A program made the position numbers and the translations under genes. 64,000 nucleotides of DNA from an uncultured Gemmatimonadales bacterium (GTDB lineage Bacteria; Gemmatimonadota; Gemmatimonadetes; Gemmatimonadales; GWC2-71-9), in NCBI GenBank assembly GCA_963815515.1, contig CAWFGP010000003.1, positions 1,277,513 to 1,341,512 on the forward strand, given 5' to 3'. This document shows positions 47,096 through 57,194 of this stretch, in pieces. The first letter of the stretch is position 1. The number at the start of each line of letters is the position of its first letter. The notes beneath the pieces were generated by a model. It was not told the DNA's origin and made no database searches. It worked only from the letters and a program-made list of their open reading frames with translations.

Positions 47096-48054
47096 GTGCG
47101 CCGCTCCGGATCGGCACCCGGGCGAGCGCGCTCGCGCTCTGGCAGACGGAGCATGTACGGGCGCGGCTCCACGCCGCCGGGTACCAAACGGTGCGGGTCG
47201 AGGTTCGCACGACGGGTGACATGGTGCAGGACGTGCCGCTCTCGCAGATCGGGAGCCGCGCCCTCTTCACGCGGCAGATCGACGACGCGATGCTGGCTGG
47301 GCGGATCGATCTGGCGGTGCATTCCCTCAAGGACCTGCCCACCCTGCTGCCGGATGGGATCGCGCTGGTGGCAGTAGGCGAGCGCGAGGACGCGAGTGAC
47401 GCGCTCGTGGGACGCGGGCCGATCCAATGGGCCGACCTGCCGCAGGGCGCGGTCCTCGCGACCAGCAGCCTCCGCCGGCGGGCGCAGGTGCTTCACCTTC
47501 GGCCCGACTTTCAGATCCGCGACATCCGCGGCAACGTGGACACCAGGCTCACCAAGCTCGACGGGAGCGTGGAGTGGTCGGCCATCCTGCTGGCCACGGC
47601 TGGGCTCCTGCGGCTGGGCTTGGGCGGCCGTATCGGCCAGCGGCTGCCGCCCGATCTGATGTTGCCGGCGCCCGGGCAGGGCGCGCTCGCCGTCACCGCG
47701 CGTGCGGGAGATGCGCCGGCCGCCGCGGCCGCGGCACGGGCGGTCCACCACACGGCGACGGCGGTCGCGGTAGCCGCGGAGCGGGCCTTCCTCCGCACGC
47801 TCGAGGGCGGGTGCCAGGTGCCGGTCGCCGCGTACGCCGAGCAGGATGGCCAGGGTCGGCTCCGGCTGCACGGGCGGGTCGTGTCGCTGGGCGGGGAGCG
47901 GGGTGTCGAAGGGATCGAGACCGGGCTTGCCGTGGACGAGGAGCAGGCCGACGAGCACGGGACAGCCCTGGCCGAGCGCCTGCTGGACGACGGCGCGGCA
48001 TCGATCCTGGCGGAGGTGCGCGCCGCGGCGGCGCCCGTCGTCCCGGAGCCCTGA
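47092..48054 (+). CDS. hemC: hydroxymethylbilane synthase
   Basis: GTG overlaps the hemY stop (GTGA). LRIGTRASALALWQTEHV, AVHSLKDLPT, RGNVDTRL, EGGCQVP. Confidence 0.92.
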   Translation: MSAPLRIGTRASALALWQTEHVRARLHAAGYQTVRVEVRTTGDMVQDVPLSQIGSRALFTRQIDDAMLAGRIDLAVHSLKDLPTLLPDGIALVAVGEREDASDALVGRGPIQWADLPQGAVLATSSLRRRAQVLHLRPDFQIRDIRGNVDTRLTKLDGSVEWSAILLATAGLLRLGLGGRIGQRLPPDLMLPAPGQGALAVTARAGDAPAAAAAARAVHHTATAVAVAAERAFLRTLEGGCQVPVAAYAEQDGQGRLRLHGRVVSLGGERGVEGIETGLAVDEEQADEHGTALAERLLDDGAASILAEVRAAAAPVVPEP

Positions 48055-48806
48055 TGCCGGCCACCGTGCTCGTCACCGCATCGGCCGGCACGTTTCCGGG
48101 CCTGGCCGAGGGGCTGCGGGCGATCCCGGTCGGGGTCGAAGAGGTGCCGCTGCTGACGTTTGCCCCGCCGCTCGACTGGCGGCCGGTGGACGCCGCGGTG
48201 CGGGATCTCGGCCGCTACGCGGCGGTGGCGTTCACCTCGCCCCGGTCGGCGCACGCCTTTGCGGAGCGGCTGGCGGCGCTTGGCGTTGCGGGTGCCGTGA
48301 CCGGAACCTGGGCGGCAGGCGCGGGCACGGCGCAGGCCCTGGGCGACGCACTCGGCGAGGTGCATCGGCCGGACGAGCGTGAGGTCGGCAAGCGGGGCGC
48401 CGCGGCGGCGCTGGCTTCGGCGCTCGCGGAGGCACTGCTCGCAGCGGGTGCGAGCGGGCCGGTGCTCTTCCCCTGCGGCGACATTCGCCGGGACGAGCTG
48501 CCGTCCCGGCTTCGCGACGACGGCATCGCGGTCGAGGAGGTCGTCTGCTATCGGTCGGTGCTGGCCGGCGAATCGGAGGCCCGGCGCGCGATCCAGCGGG
48601 TGCAGATCGTCGTGGTGGCCAGTCCGAGCGTAGCCGACCTGCTCGCGCGGGCCTGTCCGCCGGGCGTCCGGCCGGCGCTGCTCGCGGTGGGGCCGACGAC
48701 GGCCGCGGCGGCCCGCTCCTCGGGATGGCCGCCCGCGGGTGTGGCCAAACGTCCGACCACTGAGGCGCTCGTGGCCGGCGTTCGCGCGCTCATGCTCGCA
48801 CGCTGA
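48054..48806 (+). CDS. hemD: uroporphyrinogen-III synthase
   Basis: ATG overlaps the hemC stop. HemD-like size, ..AVAFTSPRSAHAF.., position between hemC and hemE. Confidence 0.75.
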   Translation: MPATVLVTASAGTFPGLAEGLRAIPVGVEEVPLLTFAPPLDWRPVDAAVRDLGRYAAVAFTSPRSAHAFAERLAALGVAGAVTGTWAAGAGTAQALGDALGEVHRPDEREVGKRGAAAALASALAEALLAAGASGPVLFPCGDIRRDELPSRLRDDGIAVEEVVCYRSVLAGESEARRAIQRVQIVVVASPSVADLLARACPPGVRPALLAVGPTTAAAARSSGWPPAGVAKRPTTEALVAGVRALMLAR

Positions 48807-48813
48807 GAGACGC

Positions 48814-49845
48814 ATGAACGATCTCTTCCTCCGCGCCTGCCGGCGCGAGCCCGTGGAGCGGCCCCCGGTCTGGATGATGCGCCAGGCCGGCCGCTACCTG
48901 CCCGAGTATCGCGCGGTGCGGCAGCGCGCCGACTTCCTCACGATGGTGGGCACGCCGGAGCTGGCCGTCGAGGTCACCCTGCAACCGGTGGATATCCTCG
49001 GCGTCGACGCCGCGATCATCTTCAGCGACATCCTGGTCGTCCCGCAGGCCATGGGCATGGGACTGTCGGTCGACGAGGGCATCGGCCCGCGCTTCCATCA
49101 GCCGCTTCGCGCGCCGGCCGATTTCGATCGCCTCCGCGACCCCGTGCCCGAACGCGACCTGGGCTACGTGCTCGACGCCCTCCGGCTCGCGCGCCGCGAG
49201 CTCGCCGGGCGGGTGCCGCTCATCGGGTTCGCGGGAGCGCCGTGGACCCTCATGAGCTACATGGTAGAGGGGGAGGGAACGAAGACGTTCACCCAGGCAA
49301 AGCGGCTGCTGGTGCAGGAGCCCGAACGGGCCCACGCGCTGCTGGCACGGCTGGCGCAGGCGGTCGGCGCGTTTCTCGTGGCGCAGGTGCAGGCCGGGGC
49401 GCAGGCGGTCCAGCTGTTCGACTCCTGGGCGAGCGCACTGGGTCCGCGCGATTTCCGCGAGTTCGCGCTGCCCTATCTGGCGGAGGCGGTGCGGATCGCC
49501 CGTGGGGCGGGTGTGCCCGTCATCGCCTTCGCGCCGGGCGCGGGGTGGGCGCTGGAGGAGATCGCCGCGGCCACGGGGGCGGACGTCGTCGGCATCGACT
49601 GGCAGACCGACGCGGCCGATGCGCGCCGCCGCCTGGGCAACAGCCCGGTGGCATTGCAGGGCAACCTGGATCCCTGCTGGCTCTATGCGTCGCCGGCCAC
49701 CATCCGGACGCGCACCCACGAGATGCTGGCCGCCTTCGGTGGCCGGGGGCACATCGCGAATCTCGGCCACGGCATCAATCCCGACGTGCCGGTCGCGAAT
49801 GCCAGGGCGTTCGTCGACGCGGTCAAGGAATGGCGCGCGCCGTGA
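48814..49845 (+). CDS. hemE: uroporphyrinogen decarboxylase
   Basis: MNDLFLRACRREPVERPPVWMMRQAGRYLPEYR signature. Confidence 0.93.
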   Translation: MNDLFLRACRREPVERPPVWMMRQAGRYLPEYRAVRQRADFLTMVGTPELAVEVTLQPVDILGVDAAIIFSDILVVPQAMGMGLSVDEGIGPRFHQPLRAPADFDRLRDPVPERDLGYVLDALRLARRELAGRVPLIGFAGAPWTLMSYMVEGEGTKTFTQAKRLLVQEPERAHALLARLAQAVGAFLVAQVQAGAQAVQLFDSWASALGPRDFREFALPYLAEAVRIARGAGVPVIAFAPGAGWALEEIAAATGADVVGIDWQTDAADARRRLGNSPVALQGNLDPCWLYASPATIRTRTHEMLAAFGGRGHIANLGHGINPDVPVANARAFVDAVKEWRAP

Positions 49846-49852
49846 GGCGGTC

Positions 49853-50836
49853 ATGGTGAGCGGGCCCAACCTTCGCGCCCGGGTGTCGGCGCTGATGGAG
49901 CGCCTGCACGACGACACGACCGGGTTCTTCACCGGACTCGACCGCGGGGGGCGGTTCCGCGAGGACCGCTGGGACCGGCCGGGCGGCGGCGGCGGCGTCG
50001 CCCGCGTGCTGTCGGAGGGGGCCACCTTCGAGAAGGCGGGCATCAACCGGTCGGCGGTCTCCGGCGTGCTGCCGCCCGGCGCGGCGCAGCGCCTCGGAGC
50101 CAGGGTCACGGGGATCGAGGAGCTGCAGTTCTACGCCACCGGCGTGAGCCTGGTGATCCATCCCAGGAGCCCGATGGTGCCGACCGTGCATCTCAACATC
50201 CGCTACTTCGATCTCACCAGCCCCTCCGGCGAGACGCTCGATGCGTGGCTCGGCGGTGGCACCGATCTCACGCCCACCTATCCGTTCCCCGAGGACGCGG
50301 TCCATTTTCATCGCGCGCTCAAGACCATCTGCGACCGGCACCACCCGTCCTTCTACCCCCGCTTCAAGAGCTGGTGCGATCACTATTTCGTGAACACGCA
50401 CCGGGGCGACGAGCGGCGCGGCATCGGCGGCGTGTTCTTCGACAACCTGCGCGACGGCGACAGCGGGCTCGAGCTGGTGCGCCTGGTGGAGTTCCTGCAG
50501 GACATGGGCGCGGCGCTTCCCGAAGCGTACGGGCCGCTGGTCGAGCGGCGACGAGACATGGCCTACGGCGAGCGCGAGCGCCGGCTGCAGCTCGCGCGGC
50601 GGGGCCGGTACGTCGAGTTCAACCTGGTGCACGACCGGGGAACGCTGTTCGGGCTTCAGACCAACGCGCGCATCGAGAGTGTGCTGATGAGCCTGCCGCC
50701 GCTTGCGGCCTGGGAATACGCGCCGGTGTATGAGGCGGGCTCGTTCGAGGCAGAGCTGATGGGGATGCTGGAGCCGCGGGACTGGGCAGGGGAGGGTGGG
50801 GGTGGAGACGAGGGAATCCACTCCGAGTCACCCTGA
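49853..50836 (+). CDS. hemF: oxygen-dependent coproporphyrinogen III oxidase
   Basis: FREDRWDRPGGGGGVARVL..GATFEKAGIN, SLVIHPRSPMVPTVHLN, NLVHDRGTLFGL. Confidence 0.92.
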   Translation: MVSGPNLRARVSALMERLHDDTTGFFTGLDRGGRFREDRWDRPGGGGGVARVLSEGATFEKAGINRSAVSGVLPPGAAQRLGARVTGIEELQFYATGVSLVIHPRSPMVPTVHLNIRYFDLTSPSGETLDAWLGGGTDLTPTYPFPEDAVHFHRALKTICDRHHPSFYPRFKSWCDHYFVNTHRGDERRGIGGVFFDNLRDGDSGLELVRLVEFLQDMGAALPEAYGPLVERRRDMAYGERERRLQLARRGRYVEFNLVHDRGTLFGLQTNARIESVLMSLPPLAAWEYAPVYEAGSFEAELMGMLEPRDWAGEGGGGDEGIHSESP

Positions 50837-50893
50837 GCGAAGCGAAGGGGGAGGGGTCGGGTCATGCCCCCTTCGCTCCGCTCAGGGTGACTC
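50825..50893. repeat. REP-like palindromic element (full copy) spanning two convergent stop codons
   Basis: GAGTCACCCTGAGCGAAGCGAAGGGGG-aggggtcgggtcatg-CCCCCTTCGCTCCGCTCAGGGTGACTC. The left arm encodes the hemF ..ESP-stop. The right arm encodes the ..ESP-stop of the aldehyde dehydrogenase on the other strand. Confidence 0.9.
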
Positions 50894-52383
50894 AGGCGTG
50901 TGGCCCGGAACCGGCCGCTCACGATACGGATACCAGTAGGACTTCCGCTCCATGACGTAGTCCAGGTGTACGTGCTTCGGCTCGCGAAACGCGTCGAGTC
51001 CCTCCTCGCCCAGCTCGCGGCCAACTCCGCTCCAGCGCATGCCTCCGAACGGAGCCGCGTCGTTGTCCGACAGCGGGTCGTTGATCCAGAATGTTCCCGC
51101 CTTGATCTCCTGCATCGCCCGCATGGCCGTCCCGAGGTCGGTGGTGTAGATGGACGCGCCCAGCCCGTAGCGGCTGTCGTTGGCCATCGCGATGGCCTCG
51201 TCCGCGTCGCGCGCGACCGTGAGTGAGAGCACCGGGCCGAAGATCTCTTCGGTCGTGGGCAGCGAGCCGTGCCGGACGTTCGTGAGGATCGTCGGCTCGA
51301 GGAAGTGCCCGCGGAGCCCGCCGGGCTGGACCCGGCAGCCGCCGAGGAGGAGCCGCGCGCCCTCCTTCACCGCCTGCGCGATCTGCCGCTCGACGGTGTC
51401 GAGCGCCTCGGCGGAGATCAGCGGACCGACGTCGACGCCGAGTCCATCGGGTCGCCGATGCGGAGCGTCCGCACGTAGGCCTCGAGCCGCCGGGTGAACT
51501 CCTCCGCGATCGGCTCGACGAGATACACCCGCTTGGGCGAGGTGCAGACCTGGCCCGCGTTGAGCAGCCGCGCCCAGGCGACTCCCGGCACGGCCACGTC
51601 GAGATCCGCGTCCTCGAACACGATGAACGGATCGACGCTGCCGAGCTCGAGATTCACCTTCTTCAGATCCTGGCCGGCCTGCGCCGCGATCCGGCGTCCC
51701 GCCGCCACCGAGCCGGTGAAGGCGATCAGGTCGACGCGTGGGTGGCGGACCAGCGCCTCGCCCGTCCCGGGGCCGCCGGTCACCATGTTGACCACGCCGG
51801 GCGGCAGGCCGTCGAGGCAGCGCGCCAGCCGCAGGCTCGAGAGGGGGTTCTGGTGCGGCGGCTTGCAGACGAGCGTGTTCCCGGCGGCGAGCGCGGGCGC
51901 CACCTTCCACGCCATGAGCAGCAGGGGGAAGTTGAACGGTACGATCGCCGCGACGACGCCGAACGGCTCCTTGATCGTGAAATTGATCTGGTGCGCCGCC
52001 ACCGGCGGGATCGAGCTGCCGTAACTCCGCCGGCCCACCTCCGCGTAGTAGTCGAAGCACGCGGCCACCCACTCGATGCAGTCGACGGCTTCGATGAGCG
52101 GCTTCCCGGTCTCGCGCGCCATGAGGGTCGAGAGCTCGCGCGCGTCGGCCCGTATCCTCGCGGCCACCGCGCGCAGCAGGCCGGCCTTCTCGACGCCGGG
52201 CACCCGCCACCAGGCGGGCTGGGCGCGGGCGGCGGCCTCGACCGCGGCGGCCACATCCTCCGGCCCGCAATCGGAGACGATACCGAGGCGATCGAGGGTG
52301 GCGGGATTGCGGATGTCGCGGGTGGCGTGGGCGCTGGCGGGCACCCAGGCGCCGTCGATCAGGACGGGGGCGACGTCGGGCAT
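50882..52383 (-). pseudogene. NAD(P)-dependent aldehyde dehydrogenase, interrupted by a single-base frameshift
   Basis: N-terminal part 52383..51418 (MPDVAPVLIDGAWV..FTGSVAAGRRIA..ELGSVDP..RIGDPMDSASTSVR*). It continues in another frame 51447..50882 (..GLGVDVGPLIS..EEIFGPVL..). The frame switch is near 51439-51444. Confidence 0.8.
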
Positions 52384-52541
52384 GCGAAGTCCTCGCAAAA
52401 GATGCGGCGGCAGCAGTCGGTCGGAAAGAACCGTTCGCAATCTAGCTCGGGCGTGCCCGATCGTCCCAACGCACCGGTGCGGTTGCTCTGGTGTGCCCGC
52501 ACGACCCGGCGCCGCAAGCATGGCGGGCGAGGCCTCTCCCC

Positions 52542-54308
52542 TCAGCGCATGATATGGCGCCATGTGCGCGTCGTGGGTGGCGCCCCCGGGAGCATGCGAC
52601 CGATGTTGCTGCGCAGCACCACCGATGCTCCATCTTCGGTCGTGACGACGGTGTCCGCCACCGCGCGGAGCCGGCCGTGATCGTTGCGGAACAGCACGAC
52701 ACGGTCGTACCCGATTCGGCCCACCGGCTGAAGCCTCTCCCGCGCGTAAGGCCCCAGCATGCCAGGCGCGAACCACTGACCCGGGACCCCCTGGTAGGTC
52801 GATTCGACGCCATCGCGGTAGAACCGGAGGTGCCGGGTGGTGTTGGCGAGCAGCGACCAGTTCCCGTACAGCGCCAGGATGTAGCTGCTCATCTCGTAGT
52901 GGTCGGCGAATGGTGCTCGCCGATCCCGCTGGTCGAAGATGATCACCAACGAGTTATCGGCCAGCCTCGGAGCCAGCGCCCCGAGGGTCTCGAGTCTCAT
53001 CTTGTGTGCCTCCCACTCGCGCACGAATGCCTGCTTGACGGTGAAGTGGAGGAGGCTCCCCACAAAGACCATTTCTGAGAGGGCAGCGCCGGTGACGAGG
53101 CCCGGGAGCCGGAGCGCGCCCATCAGCGCTGGCAGCGCCATGGCGATGCCGGGGAGCGCGACAAAGTTTCCCCGGCTCCCGTAGCTCAGACCGAATGAGT
53201 AGTCGATGCCGATGGGAGAGCCCGCGAGCGCGATGCCGGCAGCGGCAAGCATTCCTATGGCCGTGGTGAGGGCGCACCAGTACCGGCGATCCTGCTGCGA
53301 GCCGGCGCGACGGATGAGAGCGACGCAGGTGCAGCCGGCGATGGCGGCCGCGCCAGCCGCGACAGGCGCCCAGTCGGCCGCATTCAACGATCGCCGTCGC
53401 ACATAATGAAGGGCGATCCTCCAAGGCGCGAAGGCGGCGATCACCGCCTGTGCCATGTTGTGCAGGAATGTGCCGGGCGCCAACCGGTCGGGCGAGAGGC
53501 GGTACAGCTGCTCGCCGTACATGGGGAGTATCACCAGGCGCCAGACGCCGGCGATCGCCAAGATAGCGGTGAACCCGACCAGGAGCCGGGTGAACCGGGG
53601 TCGCTCCTCCTGTGCATACAGCCAGCGCCCGGCGAAGAACGCCGGAGGAATGAGCGCCAGCCCCTCGTGTGTCAGGATGGCACCGAGGTACGCCGCGAAA
53701 CCGCCCACGATGAGCCATCGCGGGCGGCCGAGCGACTTGGGCGATCCGGGATCGAGACACAGGATGGACACCAGTGTCAGCAGGCAGCCGACATGGTAGT
53801 GCACCGTCGCCGCCCAGAGCGGCTGAAGCGGGGCCAGCGGATACGTGAGAAAGATCGCCGCCGCCGCGAAGCCGAACCACTCCTCGTCCACCAGGCGTCG
53901 CGCGACGGCCGCGATTGCGATGGCATTGAGGGTGAGGAGCCCAACGAGGAGCCAATGCACCGCCGCCACGGTGTGCAGAAACGCCAACCGCGTGAGCGCG
54001 AACGCAACGAACGCGAACGGACGCTCTGAGCGGAGCGCCCAACTCGTGTCGGTCAGGACGAACGCGATCGGCTCATGGTCGACGCCCTGCAGGGGCTGGA
54101 GCAGCTGCACCGAATCGTCCCAGTAGAGTCCCAATGCGCTCGCCTGAAGGCCGTGCACGAGGAGGCTCAGCACGAGAATGGCAGCCGCCGCCCGACCAGG
54201 ACGCAGTCTCACGTATACCGGCCCTTCCGTCGAAGTGGTGGTGATTCCGCATCCTGCGATGGCAGTCGCTTTCCGTCTCAACGTGCTCATCGGAAGCCGG
54301 CGGGACAA
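52542..54308 (-). CDS. large polytopic membrane protein with a C-terminal soluble domain, unknown function
   Basis: At least 10 hydrophobic segments followed by about 180 non-hydrophobic residues. No family recognised. Confidence 0.55.
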   Translation of the reverse strand: MSRRLPMSTLRRKATAIAGCGITTTSTEGPVYVRLRPGRAAAAILVLSLLVHGLQASALGLYWDDSVQLLQPLQGVDHEPIAFVLTDTSWALRSERPFAFVAFALTRLAFLHTVAAVHWLLVGLLTLNAIAIAAVARRLVDEEWFGFAAAAIFLTYPLAPLQPLWAATVHYHVGCLLTLVSILCLDPGSPKSLGRPRWLIVGGFAAYLGAILTHEGLALIPPAFFAGRWLYAQEERPRFTRLLVGFTAILAIAGVWRLVILPMYGEQLYRLSPDRLAPGTFLHNMAQAVIAAFAPWRIALHYVRRRSLNAADWAPVAAGAAAIAGCTCVALIRRAGSQQDRRYWCALTTAIGMLAAAGIALAGSPIGIDYSFGLSYGSRGNFVALPGIAMALPALMGALRLPGLVTGAALSEMVFVGSLLHFTVKQAFVREWEAHKMRLETLGALAPRLADNSLVIIFDQRDRRAPFADHYEMSSYILALYGNWSLLANTTRHLRFYRDGVESTYQGVPGQWFAPGMLGPYARERLQPVGRIGYDRVVLFRNDHGRLRAVADTVVTTEDGASVVLRSNIGRMLPGAPPTTRTWRHIMR

Positions 54309-54501
54309 GGACCGGGGGGAGCCGGCTGAGGCGGGTTTGAGCGTCCACCGGCTGGGGTTTGCCCCACCTTGCAGAGCATCGTTAGGTTGACAGGTACCCC
54401 TCGTGCACTCCCAGCGCTCAGCCCCTGGTCACGTCGACTTCTCAAGCGTGGCGCTGGACCCAAGGGTCATGAATCAGTCAGCCGGATGGAGGCTATCCGC
54501 C

Positions 54502-55623
54502 ATGTCTGCCGCTCGATCGGTCCAGTTCACGGGACTCGCCTTCGCGAATCCTTTCCTGCTCTCTTCCGCGCCGCCGACCGAATCGGAGAGCAACATCCTT
54601 CGGGCATTCGAGGCCGGATGGGCCGGCGTAGTGACCAAGACGATCGGCCTCCACCCCGTCGTCAACGTCGTCGGGGCCAAGGCCAAGTTCATGCGCACGT
54701 CGCCCGAGGACGCCTATGTCTCCATGAGGAAGCGCCCGGGTGCGGCGCTGCACTCTTCCTGGAACTGGGAGCTCATCTCCGACAAGACCCTCGATTGGTG
54801 GCTTCCCCGCATCCGGCGGATCAAGGAGGCCTTTCCCGATCGGATTCTCATCGCCTCGATCATGGCCGGCTCGGGCAACGACAAGGAGCTGCAGAACTGG
54901 CAGCGGCTCGCTCGGGACTGCCAGGACGCCGGGGCGGACGGGCTCGAGCTCAACTTCTCCTGCCCCCACATGGACCGCCGCGACATGGGGTCCAACATCG
55001 GCAAGGACCAGGGGCTCTGTTCGGTGGTGACCGAGGCGGTGAAGGAAGTCGCTACGGTGCCGGTCTGGTGTAAACTGACGCCCGCGACGGCGGAGATCGA
55101 AGTCGAGGCGGCCGCCTGCTTCCGTGGGGGAGCCGACGCCATCGTCTCCTCCAACACGTTCCCTTCGCTTCCCCTGATCGATCCCGACACGCTCGAATTC
55201 GAGATCAACGTGGATGGCCTGGTGTCGAGCGGCGGTCTCGGCGGGCCGGCCATCCTCCCGCTCTCGCTGGCCAAGATGGCCCAGATGACCCGCGCGTTCC
55301 CCGACAAGAGCTTTTCGGGGATCGGCGGGATTTCCGACTTCTCCCAGGCGCTCTCCTACATCCTCCTCGGGTGCGGTACGGTCCAGGTCTGCACGGCCGC
55401 CATGCTCGACCAGGCGGTGGGGCCCAACGTGATCAAGCGGCTGCTGGCCGGGCTCGACGCCTTCCTCGAGCGGCATGCGGCGGACGGGTGGACCGGGGTC
55501 GAGAGCTTCCGGGGGCTCCGGCGGGACAGGATCGTGGCGCAGTCGGAGATCCGGAGGCCCGACGCGGCTGATTATCACTCGGGATACGAAGTCGCTGAAG
55601 GGTATGCCCCGCAGCAGGCATAG
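54502..55623 (+). CDS. dihydropyrimidine dehydrogenase catalytic-domain homolog (PreA/DHOD-like TIM barrel) lacking a ferredoxin domain
   Basis: VQFTGLAFANPFLLSSAPP, GLELNFSCPHMD (DPD-type SCPH motif), GGISD. There is no CxxCxxC cluster in the C-terminus. Start chosen at MSAARSV; ATG 54403 and 54469 are also in frame. Confidence 0.7.
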   Translation: MSAARSVQFTGLAFANPFLLSSAPPTESESNILRAFEAGWAGVVTKTIGLHPVVNVVGAKAKFMRTSPEDAYVSMRKRPGAALHSSWNWELISDKTLDWWLPRIRRIKEAFPDRILIASIMAGSGNDKELQNWQRLARDCQDAGADGLELNFSCPHMDRRDMGSNIGKDQGLCSVVTEAVKEVATVPVWCKLTPATAEIEVEAAACFRGGADAIVSSNTFPSLPLIDPDTLEFEINVDGLVSSGGLGGPAILPLSLAKMAQMTRAFPDKSFSGIGGISDFSQALSYILLGCGTVQVCTAAMLDQAVGPNVIKRLLAGLDAFLERHAADGWTGVESFRGLRRDRIVAQSEIRRPDAADYHSGYEVAEGYAPQQA

Positions 55624-55625
55624 CT

Positions 55626-55690
55626 GCCACCCTGAGCCAGGCGAAGGGGACATGACCGGAGTCATGGCTCCTTCGCTTCGCTCAGGATGA
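55626..55690. repeat. REP-like palindromic element (divergent copy)
   Basis: GCCACCCTGAGCCAGGCGAAGGGGACATGAC-cgga-GTCATGGCTCCTTCGCTTCGCTCAGGATGAC. Confidence 0.85.
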
Positions 55691-55706
55691 CACAGGGAGG
55701 AGAAGA

Positions 55707-57194
55707 TTGCCCGTGACACTCGACCGAATCATCAAGGGCGGCAACGTCGTCACCCCCGCCGGGACATTCATCGGGGACATCGGCATCGCCGGCGAGAAGA
55801 TCGTGGCGCTCGCTGCCGAGCTCGAGCCCGGCGCGGGCACCCAGGTCATCGACGCGACCGGGCATCACGTCCTGCCCGGCGTGCTCGACGTGCACGTGCA
55901 TCTCGCCCTCCCGTTCTGCGGCACCGTCTCGGCCGACGACTACCGCACCGGCACCCGGGCCGGCGCGCGGGGCGGGGTCACCACGGTGATCGACTTCGCC
56001 ATCCCCTATGCCGGTGAGTCGCTCGGCCAGGCGGCCGACAACTGGATGAAGAAGGCGGAGGGGAAGGCGCTCATCGACTACACCTTCCACATCTGCATCA
56101 CCCGCTGGAACGAGCACCAGTCGCAGATCAAGGGGATGGTGGACCGCGGGTTCACCACCTTCAAGGAGTTCATGATCTACGAGTCGGAGGGGTGGCAGTC
56201 GGACGACCGCGCCCTGTTCGGCACGCTGGAGCAGATGCGGGAGCACGGCACCATGCTCCTGGTGCACGCCGAGTCCGCGCGCGTGCTCGACGAGCTCATC
56301 GCGCGCCACCACACGCCGGAGCTGATGGCCCGCTACGGCGCGCGGCTCCACCCGATGACCCGTCCGAATTTCGTCGAGGCGGAGGCCATCCAGCGTGCCG
56401 TGCAGTGGTGCGAAGCGACCGGCGGCCAGCTCTACATCGTGCACATGTCCACCGCCGAAGGCTCGGACATCGTGCGCGCGGCGCAGGCGCGCGGCGTCCC
56501 CGTGCTGGCCGAGACCTGCGCGCAGTACCTGGTTCTGGATGACTCGGTCTTCGAGCGTGAGGATGGACACCTCTTCGCCTGCTGCCCCCAGATCAAGAAG
56601 CCGAAGGACGTCGAGCGGCTGTGGAGGGGGCTCCGCGGCGGCGAGGTCTCGGTCGTCTCGACCGATACCTGCACCTTCACCCGCGAACAGAAGGCGATGT
56701 GGAACGGGGACTGGACCAAGATCCCGATGGGGCTTCCCGGCCTCGAAACCCTGCTCCCGCTGGTCTACACCCGCGGCGTCCTCGGCGGGCGGCTCACGCT
56801 GGAGGAGCTGAGCATGAAGCTCAGCACCAACCCGGCGCGGATCATGGGCCTCTATCCCCGAAAGGGCGCCATCATGGTGGGTGCCGACGCCGACCTCGCG
56901 ATCATCCATCCCACCGCGACCCGCACCGTCACCCCCTCGGCGATGGAGACTAACGCCGACTGGTCGCCGTACGAGGGCTGGGAGCTGGCGGGGTTCGCCC
57001 GGACGACGCTCTCCCGCGGAGAGGTCATCGTGGATCAGTACGCCGTGGTCGGCCGCGAGGGGCGCGGGCAGTGGCTGCCGCGCACCACCGCCGGCCTCGA
57101 GGCGTCCCGCGCAGCATCGCCCGCAGCACCGCTGCCCGACACGCGGGGCCCGTCTTCACGCCCACGTGCCGAGCGTCCAGTCGGGGCGCGGTGA
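55707..57194 (+). CDS. dihydropyrimidinase / D-hydantoinase
   Basis: IIKGGNVVTP..VIDATGHHVLPGVLDVHVHL, FKEFMIY (carbamylated-Lys context), VHAE, TDTC. TTG start with SD GGGAGGAG. Confidence 0.88.
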   Translation: MPVTLDRIIKGGNVVTPAGTFIGDIGIAGEKIVALAAELEPGAGTQVIDATGHHVLPGVLDVHVHLALPFCGTVSADDYRTGTRAGARGGVTTVIDFAIPYAGESLGQAADNWMKKAEGKALIDYTFHICITRWNEHQSQIKGMVDRGFTTFKEFMIYESEGWQSDDRALFGTLEQMREHGTMLLVHAESARVLDELIARHHTPELMARYGARLHPMTRPNFVEAEAIQRAVQWCEATGGQLYIVHMSTAEGSDIVRAAQARGVPVLAETCAQYLVLDDSVFEREDGHLFACCPQIKKPKDVERLWRGLRGGEVSVVSTDTCTFTREQKAMWNGDWTKIPMGLPGLETLLPLVYTRGVLGGRLTLEELSMKLSTNPARIMGLYPRKGAIMVGADADLAIIHPTATRTVTPSAMETNADWSPYEGWELAGFARTTLSRGEVIVDQYAVVGREGRGQWLPRTTAGLEASRAASPAAPLPDTRGPSSRPRAERPVGAR

